Part shown: in pieces, positions 36,524 through 49,859 of the stretch
Numbering within the stretch: position 1 is the first letter of the stretch
Layout: every line of letters begins with the position of its first letter
From: Octopus sinensis
Lineage: Eukaryota
Assembly (NCBI RefSeq): GCF_006345805.1
Contig: NW_021834322.1
Location: forward strand, 1 to 64,000
Reading direction: 5' to 3'
Length of the DNA stretch: 64,000 nt
Made by a program: the position numbers and the translations under genes
The notes under the pieces: model-generated
The model's input: the letters and a program-made list of their open reading frames with translations, nothing else
Told to the model about the DNA's origin: nothing
Databases searched by the model: none

Positions 36524-36559
36524 ATGCATGTGCACCCATGTGTGTATGTGTGTGTGTGT

Positions 36560-36595
<36 letters not shown>

Positions 36596-37220
36596 AAAAC
36601 AGATAAAGAGGAGAGCCTGACTGGGAAGAGTTGTCATGGCGACTTCAGCTGTCAATCGGAAAGAAAGAAAAAAATCCCTGTTAGCAAAAAGGAGTGTTTG
36701 CTATGTAGGCAGCTTGATGGAGAGAGGGAGGGGAAGAGAGAGGGGAGAGGGGGAGAGGAAGAGAGAGAGAGACAGACAGACAGACAGATAGACAGGCAGA
36801 CAGAGAGGGTGTAGTGGGAGGAGGGGGAGAGACAGTGACAGAGCAGTAGTGGGAGGGCAGAGATGAGGCAGTACAGCGACAGCGACAGCGGCAGCAGCAG
36901 TAGTAGTAGTTGCAGTGGTAGTGGTGGTGATGGATATGCTTGTTGTTGTGATGGTGGTGGTGGGTGGTGGTAGTAGTGGTAGTAGCAGTAGTGGTAGTAG
37001 TAGTGGTGGTAGTGGTGGTGGTGGTGGTAGTAATAGTATTAGTGGTGGTAGTAGTGGTAGTGGCAGTAGTGGTAGTAGTAGTGGTGGTAGTGGTGGTGGT
37101 GGTGGTGGTGGTGGTAGTAGTAGTAGTGTAGTAGTTATGGTAGTAGTAGTGGTAGTAGTAGTGGTAGTAGTGGTGGTGGTAGTAGTGGTGGTGGTGGTGG
37201 TGGTAGTAGTAGTAGTGGTT

Positions 37221-37253
<33 letters not shown>

Positions 37254-37320
37254 TAGTAGTAGTAGTAGTGGTGGTAGTAGTGTAGTAGTAGTAGTGGTGG
37301 TGGTGGTGGTGGTGGTGGCG
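35700..37320. repeat. (GA)n, (TA)n and (GTA/GGT)n microsatellite fields
   Basis: Directly visible simple repeats. Confidence 0.85.
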
Positions 37321-37683
37321 AGGCTTGCAAATTTTTCTGCTGATTTGGATCCTACTGAAGAGATTTCTATATATTTCTTTCTTCACCATTATATTTTTTC
37401 TTATATTAATGTTTTTTTTTTGTTTTACTTTTTTTCTATTTTCCAATTCTTTTTTCTTTTCTTTTTTTATATATTCTATATTGTTGATGTTGTTGTTGTT
37501 GTTGTGATTCTTCGATTCTTTCTTTTAATTCTTTCTTGAAATTCTTCAACTTCTTTAAAAAAAATCTTTTTATATCAGTTTTTCTTTTCTCTTGTTTCTA
37601 CAAAATCTATGGCAAAAAAAACCAAGTAACATGAAACTCAAACTAACACTTGTATGATCTCGCATTTCATTGATTAATTATTA

Positions 37684-37730
<47 letters not shown>

Positions 37731-38797
37731 GAGTGAGAGAGCGGTACATGTCATCAAAGTGACACTGGGGTAAAAATATACAAAGCCCAGTATACCCATC
37801 ATGACTACCCGTCTGATAAGGGTACACCAGGCACATGCATCACAACCATATGTGCGCGACATGGTGATCTCATATCAAGTTAAACAGCACATGATCTTAC
37901 AGGTGGGGCTCAGTTAGAATTTCTTCAGGTCGAGTACTACCCCATCCCGCTCAAAATGTCCCTGAATAAGGGGTGTTTAAGGATGTTGAACAAAACACCC
38001 ATGTTTCCAGAGGTGAATTATCCAAACTCCAAAGAATTCCTCTCAACACATGACTATGATGCTCCCCACTACTTCTGCTCGTGATCAGAGATGCACATAT
38101 CGTCAGCCACTAAGGGACATGCTCAACTGGTTAAGGTCAAGCAACTGACAAGCAAATCTGTGGTATTGAGCAGAATATTTGCTGTAGCCCATCTTTTATA
38201 CCAAGACAAAACAATTATTTTTATTATTATTATTATTGAGTGAGAGAGCAGTTCATGCCATCAAAGTGACACTGGGGTAAAATATACGAAGCCCAGTATA
38301 CCCATCATGATTTCCCATCTGATAAGGGTACACCAGACACATGCATCACAACCATATGTGTGCGACATGGTGATCTCATATCAAGATAAACAGCACATGA
38401 CCTTGCAGGTAGGGCCCAGTTAGAATTTCTTCAGGTCGAGTACTATCCAATCCTGCTCAAAAGGTCCTTGAATAAGGGTTGTTTAAGGATGTTGAATGAA
38501 ATAGCCACCCATGTTTCCAGGAGTGAATTGTTGAAACCCAAAAGAATCCCTCTCAACACATGGCTATGATGCTCCCCCACTACTTCTGCTCATGATCAGA
38601 GATGCACATATCGTCAGCCACTAAGGGACATGCTCAACTGGTTAAGGTCAAACAACTGACAAGCAAATCTGTGGTATTGAGCAGAATATTTGCTGTAGCC
38701 CATCTTTTATACCAAGACAAAACAATGTACATGATAACACTTCCAATCAGTTGAGAACAAAAGCCATGATAGCCACTGTCTGGTACTGCATCAGGGC

Positions 38798-38800
<3 letters not shown>
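37731..38800 (-). mobile_element. Two head-to-tail copies (37731-38215, 38238-38800) of a ~500-bp retroposon-like repeat (family F) ending in (AAT)n
   Basis: Copies are highly similar and sit inside (ATT)n tracts; fragments also occur at about 205-265 and 4690-4735. Confidence 0.7.
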
Positions 38801-38856
<56 letters not shown>

Positions 38857-39631
38857 TATTATTATTATTATTCAGGTGGTGAGCTAGCAGAATCGTTAGC
38901 AAGTCAGGTGAAATGCTTAGTGTCATTTCGTCCATCTTTACATTCTTAGTTCAAATTCCACCAAGGTCGACCTTGCCTTTCATCCTTTTGGGGTTGATAA
39001 AAATAAGTACCAGTTGAATACTGGGGTTGATGTATTAACTCCACCCCATCCCACAAAATTGCTGCCCTTGTGGCAAAATTTAAAACCATTAATATTATTA
39101 GTATTATCAAGGTGACGAGCTGGCAGAACCGTTAGCACGCTGGGCAAAATGCTTAGCGGCATTTCGTCCGTCTTTACATTCTGAGTTCAAATTCTACAAA
39201 ACTGACTTTGCCTTTCATCCTTTTGGAATCGATAAATTCAGTACCAGTGAGACACTGGGGTCAATATAATCGACTGGTCTCCTCCCCTATAAATTTCAGG
39301 CCTTGTGCCTTTAGTAGAAAAGATTATTATTATGAGTAAGGCTCCAGCTGGTAAAATTGTTAGCACACTGAGGAAAATGCCTAGTGGTATTTGATCCATC
39401 CTCACATTCTGAGTTCAAATTCTGCTGAGGTTGACTTTGCCTTTCATCCTTTGCGGGTCGATAAAATAAATGCTAGTTGAGTACTAGGGCCATGTAATCA
39501 ACTTATCACCTCTCCACTAAACATTGCTGGCCTTGTACCAAATTTTGAAACCATTATAATTATTATTGAAAGTGGCAAGCTGTCTGAGCCATTAGCATAC
39601 TGGACAGAGTGCTTAGCAGTATGTCATCAGG

Positions 39632-40051
39632 CAGAAGGCAGCGAGCTGGCAGAATCGTTAGCACACCGGGCGAAATGCTTAGCAGTATTTCGTCTGCCCC
39701 TACATTCTGAGTTCAAACTCTGCCAAGGTCGACTTTGCCTTTCATCCTTTCGGGGGTCAATTAAATAAATACCAGTTACACCCTGGGATCGATATAATCG
39801 ACTTAATCCATTTGTCTGTCCTTGTTTGTCCCCTCTGTGTTTAGCCCCTTGTGGGTAGTAAAGAACTAGGTGTTTCGTCTTCCGCTATGTTCTGAGTTCA
39901 AATTCCGCTGAGGTCTGCTTTGCCTTTCATCCTTTCGAGGTCAATTAAATAAGTACCAGTTACACACTGGGGTCAATGTAATCGACTTCATCTCTTTCTC
40001 TGTCCTTGTTTGTCCCCTCTGTGTTTAGCCCTTGTGGGCAATAAAGAAATA
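39632..40051 (+). mobile_element. SINE family B tandem dimer with 14-bp TSD
   Basis: agtatgtcatcagg at 39618-39631 and 40052-40065; inserted in an older family B copy within a cluster of B copies (38873-40200). Confidence 0.8.
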
Positions 40052-40406
40052 AGTATGTCATCAGGTTTCACATTATGAGTTCAAATCTTGCTGAGGTCGA
40101 CTTTACATTTTATTCTTTTGGGGTAGTCATCACCCTAGAGTCAATGTCTTCAACTATTCCCCCATCTAGCAAAATTTCATGCTCTGTGGTACCTCTTTCA
40201 GCTCTTTACATTCTGAGTTCAAATGTTGCAGAGGTCGACTTTATGTTTTATATTTCAAGGAGTCAATAAAATGGAAAAAATATCAGTTATATCTTGGGGT
40301 TGATGTTATCAACTACTCCACTCCACTCCACTCAATGCCTGTGTAATAAAAGAAGGCACCAGATACATCCATTTTTACTGCTATTGCTCAAAAATTCAAT
40401 ACATTG

Positions 40407-40812
40407 GTGCAGCAGTGGCTGTGTAGTAAGCAGCTTGTTTACCAACCACATGGTTCCGGGTTCAGTCCCACTGCATGGCACATTGGGCAAGTGTCTTCTA
40501 CTATAGCCTCAGGCCGACCAAAGCATTGTGAGTGGATTTGTTTGATGGAAACTGAAAGAAACCCTTCGTATATATGTATATATATATATGTGTGTGCGTG
40601 TATGTTTGTGTTTGTCCCCCTAGCATTGCTTGACAACCGATGCTGGTGTGTTTACGTCCCTGTCACTTAGCGGTTCGGCAAAAGAGACTGATAGAATAAG
40701 TACTGGGCTTACAAAAGAATAAGTCCTGGGGTTGAGTTGCTCGATTAAAGGCAGTGCTCCAGCATGGCCGCAGTCAAATGACTGAAACAAGTAAAATAGT
40801 AAAAAGAGAGAG
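40407..40812 (+). mobile_element. SINE family A, full length
   Basis: Matches the consensus; absent from the paralogous segment at 33204-33965. Confidence 0.85.
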
Positions 40813-40941
40813 TATTGCCCGAACCAACGATTGAACCTTTGTCCTTTGGATTAGAAGCCCAACACAACAATCACAAGGCCATATATACACACTCAGAAAT
40901 ATATGCTTATCCAGCTTAGAAGTTCACTTTCCAAGCATATA

Positions 40942-41014
40942 TAAGGGAATGCTGAAAAGTTCCTGGCTTTAAGGGTCTCATGAAAGGCCTGGATGAACTT
41001 TTTATCAATATATA

Positions 41015-41050
<36 letters not shown>

Positions 41051-41115
41051 TGTGTATATGTGTTATGTATGTATGTATATACATGTATGTATTAATGTAT
41101 GTATGTATGTATATA

Positions 41116-41151
<36 letters not shown>

Positions 41152-41255
41152 TGTATGTATGTATGTATGTATATGTATGTATGTGTATGTATGTATGTAT
41201 ATACATGTATGTATATATGTATGTATATATGTATATATATAGTATTATATGTATG

Positions 41256-41289
<34 letters not shown>

Positions 41290-41315
41290 TGTATGTATGT
41301 ATGTATGTATGTATG

Positions 41316-41346
<31 letters not shown>

Positions 41347-41620
41347 ATATATCCTTTTTTTTCTCTCCTTTTTTCTCTCCTTGTTTTTTTTCTGTGTATC
41401 TTTCTGTCGAAGAGCATAGGCTCGAAATGTAAAAGACTTGTTTTATTTCTATTCCTGAGCACTATACTAATACATTTGTTTGTTTGTACTCCACCTGCCT
41501 TCATCTTTTGTTTATTTTCGTAAAGTTCTTTTACAGGACTTAGAAAAACTGAAGGACCACTGCAATAAGTGTGTGGATCTGAGGGGAGGAATATGGATGG
41601 CAGAACTTTGGCAGTTCATA
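40942..41620 (+). mobile_element. Internally deleted mariner relic, interrupted by a microsatellite and a family G repeat
   Basis: TIR-like taagggaatgctgaaaagttcctggc; C-terminal-like GLEKLKDHCNKCVDLRGEY at about 41535-41595. Confidence 0.45.
41399..41436 (+). ncRNA. Minimal hammerhead-like motif, variant core, CpG-decayed
   Basis: tcttt-CTGTCGA-A-GAGC atag GCTC-GAAAT-GT-A-aaaga. Confidence 0.4.
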
Positions 41621-42087
41621 TCCAACATTTACAAACCATCATGGATCATACTCTAAATTCTAAAAATAAAATAAGTTAAAATAAAATTCAATAAAAAGTA
41701 AAAATTTGTGAAGCGGAAAATAGAAGATTTTGTGTAATAGTATTTTTCTTAAATATCTTAAATTATCCATTATTTACATAAAAATTCTATAAAAAAAGAA
41801 GAAAACAAAAACAAAAATAAAGAGAAGAATCTATACAAATACAATGGTTGTTTCAATTTTGGAAATAATGAAGAATTCAGTAACTTGATTGTTATTAAGT
41901 TGGTGTTTGGAGCCAAGATTAAAATGAAATTTTGACGAAAGGTTTTTAATTTAAACCACTTTACAGCAGAAAGCTTGCATCAGAGAAGCAGAGGCAGTCT
42001 CTGGAGGGTTGATTCCAAAAGAGCTAACCATTTTGGTACCATATTTCAAATGAAATACTCTGCCTTTTGTTCCACTTAATTTTGAAA

Positions 42088-43082
42088 ATACTCTTTTACT
42101 CTTTTACTCGTTTCAGTCATTTGACTGCGGCCATGCTGGAGCACCACCTTTAGTCGAGCAAATCGATCCTAGGACTTATTCTTTGTAAGCCTAGTACTTA
42201 TTCTATCGGTCTCTTTTGCCGGACCGCTAAGTTACGGGGACGTAAACACACCAGCACCGGTTGTCAAGCGATCTTGGGGGTGGGGGACAAACACAGACAT
42301 ACAAACACAGACATACAAACACACACAATATATATATACATATATACGACGGGCTTCTTTCAGTTTCCATCTACCAAATCCATTCATAAGGCTTTGGTTG
42401 ACCTGAGGCTATAGCAGAAGACACTCGCCCAAGGTGCTACACAGTGGGTCCGATGGGCTTCTTTCAGTTTCCATCAGCCAAATCTAATCATAAGACACTT
42501 GAAGACACTTGCCTGAGATGCCACGCAGTGGAACTCAACCTGGAACCATGTGGTTAAGAATCAAATTTCTTATCACTCAGTCACACCTGTGCCTATTTGC
42601 TCAATAACACAACATACTCCACCCAAGAATTGAAACCACAATTGCAAGATTATGAGTGCAACATCCTAACAACTAAACCACTGCCTTCAATATATCTATA
42701 CAGTATGATGGCTGTGTGGTAAGTAGCTTGCTAAACAACCACATGATTCCAGGTTCAGTCCCACTGCGTGGCATCTTGGGCAAGTGACTTCTACTATAGC
42801 CTCGGGCAGACCAAAGCCTTGTGAGTGGATTTGGTAGACGGAAACTGAAAGAAGCCCATCGTATATATGTATATATATGCGTGTGTGTGTTTGTGTGTCT
42901 GTGTTTGTCCCCCTAGCATTGCTTGACAACCGATGCTGGTGTGTTTATGTCCCCGTTACTTAGCGGTTTGGCAAAAGAGACCGATAGAATAAGTCCTGGG
43001 GTTGAGTTGCTCGATTAAAGGCGGTGCTCCAGCATGGCCGCAGTCAAATGACTGAAACAAGTAAAAGAGAGTAAAAGAGAGT
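42088..43082. mobile_element. Oppositely oriented family A SINEs (42088-42595 minus, 42705-43082 plus)
   Basis: Both match the family consensus. Confidence 0.75.
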
Positions 43083-43179
43083 GTATCTGTTTCAAATTTT
43101 GGCACAAAGCCAGCAATTTTGAGGGATGGGGCTAAGTCAATTACATCAACACCAGTATTAAACTGGTACTTATTTTAAC

Positions 43180-43526
43180 GAATCTCAAATTCCGCTGAGG
43201 TAGACTTTGCCTTTCATTCTTTCGGGGTCGATAAATTAAGTACCAGTTACGCACTGGGGTCGATGTAATCGACTTAATCCTTTTGTCTTTCCTCGTTTGT
43301 CCCCTCTGTGTTTAGCCCCTTGTGGGTAGTAAAGAAATAGGTATTTCATCTGCCGTTATGTTCTGAGTTCAAATTCCGCCAAAGTCATCTTTGCCTTTCA
43401 TCCTTTCGGGGTCGATAAATTAAGTATCAGTTACACACTGGGGTTGATGTAATCGACTTAATCCCTTTGTCTGTCCTTGTTTGTCCCCTCTATGTTTAGC
43501 CCCTTGTGGACAATAAAGAAATAAGA
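43180..43526 (+). mobile_element. SINE family B tandem dimer
   Basis: Two B bodies joined through gtagtaaagaaataggtatttc. Confidence 0.8.
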
Positions 43527-43544
43527 AATTGGGGGCTGGTGAAA

Positions 43545-43690
43545 TCACAGGTTTCTTCTGACCCTTTCTGGAGATATAGCAAGGAACTGAATCCTACTAC
43601 CACACATATGGCCTTCCAGCAGCAACCCTCTCCAGTTAAGGATTGACCACAGTCTCTGGTAGCTTCATGTAGACATCAGAATTGTACCTA
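43545..43690 (-). mobile_element. Second DD37D/maT transposase fragment
   Basis: Minus strand: ETVVNP*LERVAAGRPYVW**DSVPCYISRK, paralogous to the 27600-27680 segment. Confidence 0.6.
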
Positions 43691-43699
43691 AGTACCTAA

Positions 43700-44058
43700 G
43701 TAAAAGAGTAAAGAGCAAATCGACCCCAGGACTTATTCTTAGTAAGCCTAGTACTTATTCTATCGGGCTCTTTTGCCGAACCGCTAAGTTATGGGGACGT
43801 AAACACACCAGCATTGGTTGTCAAGCGATATTGGGGGGCACAAACACAGACACACACGCACACACACACACATATATATATATATATACATACAACAGGC
43901 CTCTTTCAGTTTCAGTCTACCAAATCCACTCACAAGGCTTTGGTCAGCCTGAGGCTATAGTAGAAGACACTTGCCCAAGGTATCATGCAGTGGGACTGAA
44001 CCCAGAACCATGTGGTTGGTAAGCAAGTTACTTACCACACAGCCACTCTGACGCCTAT
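43700..44058 (-). mobile_element. SINE family A
   Basis: Matches the family consensus. Confidence 0.75.
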
Positions 44059-44944
44059 GGAATATGGAATTTTTAAAGGAAATTTTTCACTAAGGTTCAC
44101 TTTAACCACTTCCTTACCATATTTCTGTTAAAATACACTTTATTTCAATTAATCCTGAAAATAATGAATCTTTTAGGAATATACTTTTGACATTATTAAG
44201 ATGGTGTTTGGGACATTATTAAGTTGATGATTTGAACATTATTAAAACGTTGACTTATAGATGCACAGTATTTTGTTATGCAACCTTAATATACTACAAA
44301 GTATATTAAACGTTTCTATAAATCAATACCATGTACTTCTGTGTTAGCAGTGTACTTAAATTGTGTGTTTAGGTCATCTTTACAGATTGGATATGAAACA
44401 TCGTAACAAAATTAGTGTGGCTATAATTTCTATAGAAAATCTATAAAGATGACCTTAACACATATTAAACTGGTGTTCAAGACATTATTAAGTTTTATAT
44501 CGTTGACAAATATTGGATATATATAATTTAATGATGCGGAGATAAAATTAATGGGTTCACACAACATAGTTCACAAGACTCCAAAATGCCCTCTCAATCG
44601 ACTCCTACTGACCTCTGTCTCAACCAATATGCTACTAAGAGTTCAGCTAGTACATTATTATACTTGTGTTCAATACGTTATGAAGGTGATGTTTAAAACA
44701 TTATTAAATTGTTATTTTGAATACTATTAAGCTGATGTTTGGGACTATGGCCCCGTTGTGGCCCTAGCGCAATGTCTGATACAAGTAAAAGGTATACATA
44801 CATACAAATGTATACATACGTTTTTCATGCATATTTATACAAATATATCTATATAAACAAATATGCATATCTGTGTATACATACATTTATATACATTCAC
44901 ACATTAATATACATGTATATATATATATATATACATGTATATAT

Positions 44945-45180
44945 ATATTATGGCTGCCCCCTCGTTATCGAGTATGGCCATTGCACGAAGCTTAACTGTT
45001 TCTGGTGCTGTGATCGAATGTGATTTTTTAGCCCAGCTAAAGATCTACAATGTCTTGTACAGAATTGGCAACTAAAACCTTTACCGGTAATAGCCGGCTG
45101 TAGTTGTATCTGGGCTTCATGTACCTTTCCATGTTGTTTAAGTCCTCCTGCCAAATTACACTCTCTTCCACATGTCATAT
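44945..45180 (-). mobile_element. RTE-type LINE extreme 3' end with C2H2 zinc finger
   Basis: GFSCQFCTRHCRSLAGLKNHIRSQH, followed by ...cgagggggcagccat and a TA-rich tail. Confidence 0.6.
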
Positions 45181-45602
45181 TCTCTTTTACTCTTTTACTT
45201 GTTTCAGTCATTTGACTGCGGCCATGCTGGAGCACCACCTTTTTTTTAATCGAGCAACTCGACCCCGGGACTTATTCTTTTGTAAGCCCAGTACTTATTC
45301 TATCGGTCTCTTTTGCCCAACCGCTAAGTGACGGGGGACATAAACACACCAGCATTGGTTGTCAAGCAATGCTAGGGGGACAAACACAGACACACAAACA
45401 CATACGCACACACATATATATATATATATATATACATATATACGACGGGCTTCTTTCAGTTTCCATCAACCAAATCCACTCACAAGGCTTTGGTCGGCCC
45501 GAGGCTATAGTAGAAGACACTTGCCCAAGATGCCATGCAGTGGGACTGAACCCGGAACCATGTGGTTGGTTAGCAAGCTACTTACCACACAGCCACTCCT
45601 GT
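45180..45602 (-). mobile_element. SINE family A, full length
   Basis: Matches the family consensus. Confidence 0.85.
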
Positions 45603-46216
45603 ATATATATATATATATACACACACACATATATCTATATCTATCTATCTATATAAAACAAAATATGGGGGTTTAGCTCACATGTGATCTGAAGAACTAA
45701 ACTGGCAACCCCACCAAGTTTGCTTGGTGAGGAGGGTGTTTATTGGACACCCTGCGGGATGACAAACAAAATCCATCAAACTACGATCTGACCATGCAAC
45801 AGGTTGTACTGGGTTACATGTTACCAGTAGCACTCGAAAGTGACTTGACATAGATATATATATATATAGATAGATATATAAACACACGTGTTTAGAGAAA
45901 ATGTCAAGGCAGGAATGTGAAAGAGAAAGAATATATAGAATGAATGAAAATAGGTAAGAGAGAGAATTAGCGTGAGAAAGAAGACTAGAGATGGACTTTG
46001 TACCCAAACCAAGGCAACACACATATCAGGAGGAGGAGGGTGGCATAGGGGGTTCAGGTGGTGGTGGTGAGTGGGGGGGGGTGGTGGCACAGCATGTGGA
46101 CAACAAGTACTTGGTTATTAGGAAAACCTTTTGAAGGGTTACTCACCGACAGTGAGTGTGTGTGTACATACATGAATGTGTGAGTGAGTGTGTGTGTGTG
46201 TGTATACATATCTACG

Positions 46217-46262
<46 letters not shown>

Positions 46263-46324
46263 ATTATATATAATATATGTATGTATATTGTTGTGAATAT
46301 ATATACATGTGTGACGATATGTGC

Positions 46325-46368
<44 letters not shown>

Positions 46369-46651
46369 GTGTATGTATATGAGTTTATGAGTGGGGTGTG
46401 TGGGGTGTGTGGCCACAAGTAAATATAAAGTGACAGCTAAGAATTACAAATGATAGTAGATATTATAAGTACCCATTTGATATAGGGAAATAAACATTAT
46501 GGACCCACTGAAGTGTCGCTTATGATTTATATATGCATATACATACACACACACACACACTCATATATATACATATGCATGCATCATGTGTGGTGTGTGT
46601 GTGTATATATATATACACACACATATAGAAGGCGTATATACACACACGTAT

Positions 46652-46886
46652 AGAAGGCGGTGAGCTGGCAGAAATGTTAGCACACCGGGCAATATGCATA
46701 GACGTATTTCGTCTGCCGTTACGTTCTGAGTTCAAATTCCGCCGAGGTCGACTTTGCCTTTCATCCTTTCGGGGTCGATAAATTAAGTACCAGTTACGCA
46801 CTGGGGTCGATGTAATCTACTTAATCCCTTTGTCTGTTCTTGTTTGTCCCCTCTATGTTTAGCCCCTTGTGGGCAGTAAAGAAATA
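46652..46886 (+). mobile_element. SINE family B
   Basis: Matches the family consensus. Confidence 0.85.
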
Positions 46887-47039
46887 TATATATATATATA
46901 TATATAATATATTTATAGACCCACACATATATACATATATATATATACACACATATACACATAAATTCTTTAAATTCTTTAAAATGTTTCAGCTTTAAAG
47001 CTGCGGTCATGCTGGGGCACCACTGTTAACTGAGCTACA

Positions 47040-47700
47040 CCATTATTTGAAACCTCTTCTGACATGTGGCATCCGGCCAATGCCCTCCCCTGTGTCTCCC
47101 ACCACAAGGCAGGCCCATCTAGAGCCCCCTGACAGGAAGAGATCCAGATCTGCTTTAAAGAAACCTACATCTACACCACGCAGGTCTCCCAAACATTTTG
47201 GAAGGATATTGAAGAGCTGTGGGCCCCTGAAACCCAAGCTGCTGCAGCACCTGATCCTGTAATTTGATAGCAATGCTGAGATCCCCAGCACCATGCAGCA
47301 GTGCCCCGCACTGCAGTTTGAGTAACTTCAATGCCAAAGCAAGGCACAAGGTCCTCCAAGATTCTCCATCACTGCACACCCCTCCTGCCCTCACTCCAGG
47401 ATATAAAGCTTAATAATGTCTTGGACACCAGTTTCCTAGTAGCTGATATGTTGCACTGAGATGATTTTCTTAGTGTAGCTTCATTGGATTGCCTCAAGTC
47501 CCACTGTGAATTTTATATTTAGCTGCATGTTGTTGTCCTCAGCCAACTTATATATTACGTCCAACTCCCATTGCAGATGTGCAATATTTACAGGATTTTG
47601 TATCATCTGAGAGACTTTTCTATCATCTGCATAACTAGCAAGGGTGTCTATCTGAGCAAGAGAAGGTCACTATTACTAGCAATGGAACACCACTTGCTGT
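47040..47700 (-). mobile_element. Decayed CR1-type LINE RT with internal deletion
   Basis: SGVP...LASYADDRKVSQ...LDVIYKLAEDNNMQLN, and downstream GPQLFNILPKCLGDLRGVDVGFFKADLDLFL. Confidence 0.7.
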
Positions 47701-47882
47701 TTGTATGTATATACGTACATATATATATATATATAAATTAAGATTTTTTTATTTTGTATATATATATATATCTACATATATATGTATATATACATATATA
47801 TGATTCAATATGTGACCGTGTGTGTATCGTTGGCGATTTTCCTTCTCCGTCTTCTCTTCCTTGGACCATTCCTTTTCCTATG

Positions 47883-47915
47883 TTTCTGACGAAGAGCTCC
47901 ACTCGATATGTTAAA
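47883..47915 (+). ncRNA. Degenerate minimal hammerhead-like motif in a different small repeat
   Basis: ttt-CTGACGA-A-GAG ctcca CTC-GATAT-GTT-aaa; the GAAAC segment is mutated. Confidence 0.3.
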
Positions 47916-48034
47916 TTCTCCTTCTTTCTTTCTTTCCTTTCCTGAGTGTCCAATAACACTATACATGTTCCACGTCCTCGCGTTCTTGTATTTTCTCTTT
48001 GTTCATGTTTGGATTAACTATATATATACATAAT

Positions 48035-48066
<32 letters not shown>

Positions 48067-48239
48067 ATATACACACACATACACATACATATGTACATAA
48101 ATACATACATGTGTATGTTCATACATTCATACCAACATACAAACAAATACATACATGAATACATACATATATTACATACATACATTCCTTGTCTGATAAC
48201 CTTAAATATATGCCCAGAGAAGTTGTACGATTCTACCAC

Positions 48240-49650
48240 GTTGTATGATCAACTAAAAGAATGAGTGAATATCAGAAGACAATGCATGAATATGTTAGTA
48301 GAAGGCACCAGGACGATAGTAACATTGATCACCAAAGCAGTCTCTCACAGACCAACAACCAGATTAATAACTCTGAAGGGCATGCACTTGCAATCCAATA
48401 ACAAGAAATATCAACCAAATACCTGATGCACAAAAGGGACAGAGATGCAGGAAAAGCACCAAAATGAGCAGGAGTGGCTGTGTGGTAAGTAGCTTGCTAA
48501 CCAACTACATGGTTCCGGGTTCAGTCCCACTGCGTGGCACCTTGGGCAAGTGTCTTCTGCTATAGCCCCGGGCCGACCAATGCCTTGTGAGTGGATTCGG
48601 TAGACGGAAACTGAAAGAAGCCTGTCGTATATATGTATATATGTGTATGTGTGTGTGTGTTTGTGTGTCTGTGTTTGTATCCCTAGCACTGCTTGACAAC
48701 TGATGCTGGTGTGTTTATATCCCCGTCACTTAGCGGTTCGGCAAAACAGACCGATAGAATAAGTACTGGGCTTACAAAGAATAAGTCCCGGGGTCGATTT
48801 GCTCGACTAAAAGGCGGTGCTCCAGTATGGCCGCAGTCAAATGACTGAAACAAGTAAAAGAGTAAAAGAGTAAGAGTAACTGATGCAGACTTTGTAGAGT
48901 TAACACTGAAGATATCAGCCACATCATAAGCAGTTATCCAAAAATGTCATCGCAGTATTATCTACCGATGAGACATGATGCTGTAGCTATGACACTGTAT
49001 AATGAGATCTGTTGAAAGGATAATCCTGAGGACAAATAGGAACCTACATTATGGTAGAAGCCATAGCAACTCATGTTGGTGGAATGTCCCAGTGAAAACC
49101 TAAATAAAATGTAAGCATAATAGACCTGACATAGTGATTTGGGATAGAGAAGAGAAACTGTGTAGAGTTACAGAAATCAGTTGCCCAGCGGATGGTAACA
49201 TAAAGCTAAAGATCAGCACAAAAGAAAATACCCATGCTGAACTACTGAGGAATCGACAGCTATTCAATCCAGATTTATACCTGTAATTATTGGGGTACTG
49301 GGATATGTAACACACTGCTTAAATACCAATGTTGAGAAATTAGGCTTCTCAAAACCAGAAAAGAGGAAGTTGATTCGAAGAATACAGATCCAATCCATCA
49401 CTGGAACTGTAAAAATTTGTAAAACTTTCCAGAAGTTTATCATTTAAGTATATATGAGCATGACTAGATATGCAACTATACGCATGAGAATACATACATA
49501 CAGCAAAACATGCAAATCTGCACATATACATACATACATACATACATACATACACTGTTTTTGATGTTGAAATACCAATGAAGGAGCCTTGGATTTAGGT
49601 TAAAAACTGGCTTTCTCTATTGGCAAGAAAATTTGAAATAAAACTGAAAA
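48240..49650 (+). mobile_element. R4/Dong-type (restriction-like endonuclease) non-LTR retrotransposon 3' part, split by a family A SINE (48467-48878)
   Basis: AIQ*QEISTKYLMHKR..., CRLCRVNTEDISHIISSYPKMS..YYLPMRHD (CCHC knuckle), KHNRPDIVIWDREEKLCRVTEISCPAD (PD-D/ExK-type RLE). Confidence 0.8.
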
Positions 49651-49820
49651 ATAGGCGTAGGAGTGGTTGTGTGTTAAGTAGCTTGCTTATGAACTACAAG
49701 GTTCCGGGTTCAGTCCCACAGCATAGCACCTTGGGCAAGTGTCTCCTGCTCTAGCCTCAGGCCAACCAAAGCCTTGTGAGTGGATTTGGTAGACGGAAAC
49801 TGAAAGAAGCCTGTCGTATA

Positions 49821-49856
<36 letters not shown>

Positions 49857-49859
<3 letters not shown>

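Noticed and set aside
45670-45790. Clustered small hairpins suggesting an HDV-like ribozyme
   Set aside because: I could not assign the P1/P2/P3 nested pseudoknot or the conserved L3 and J4/2 residues.
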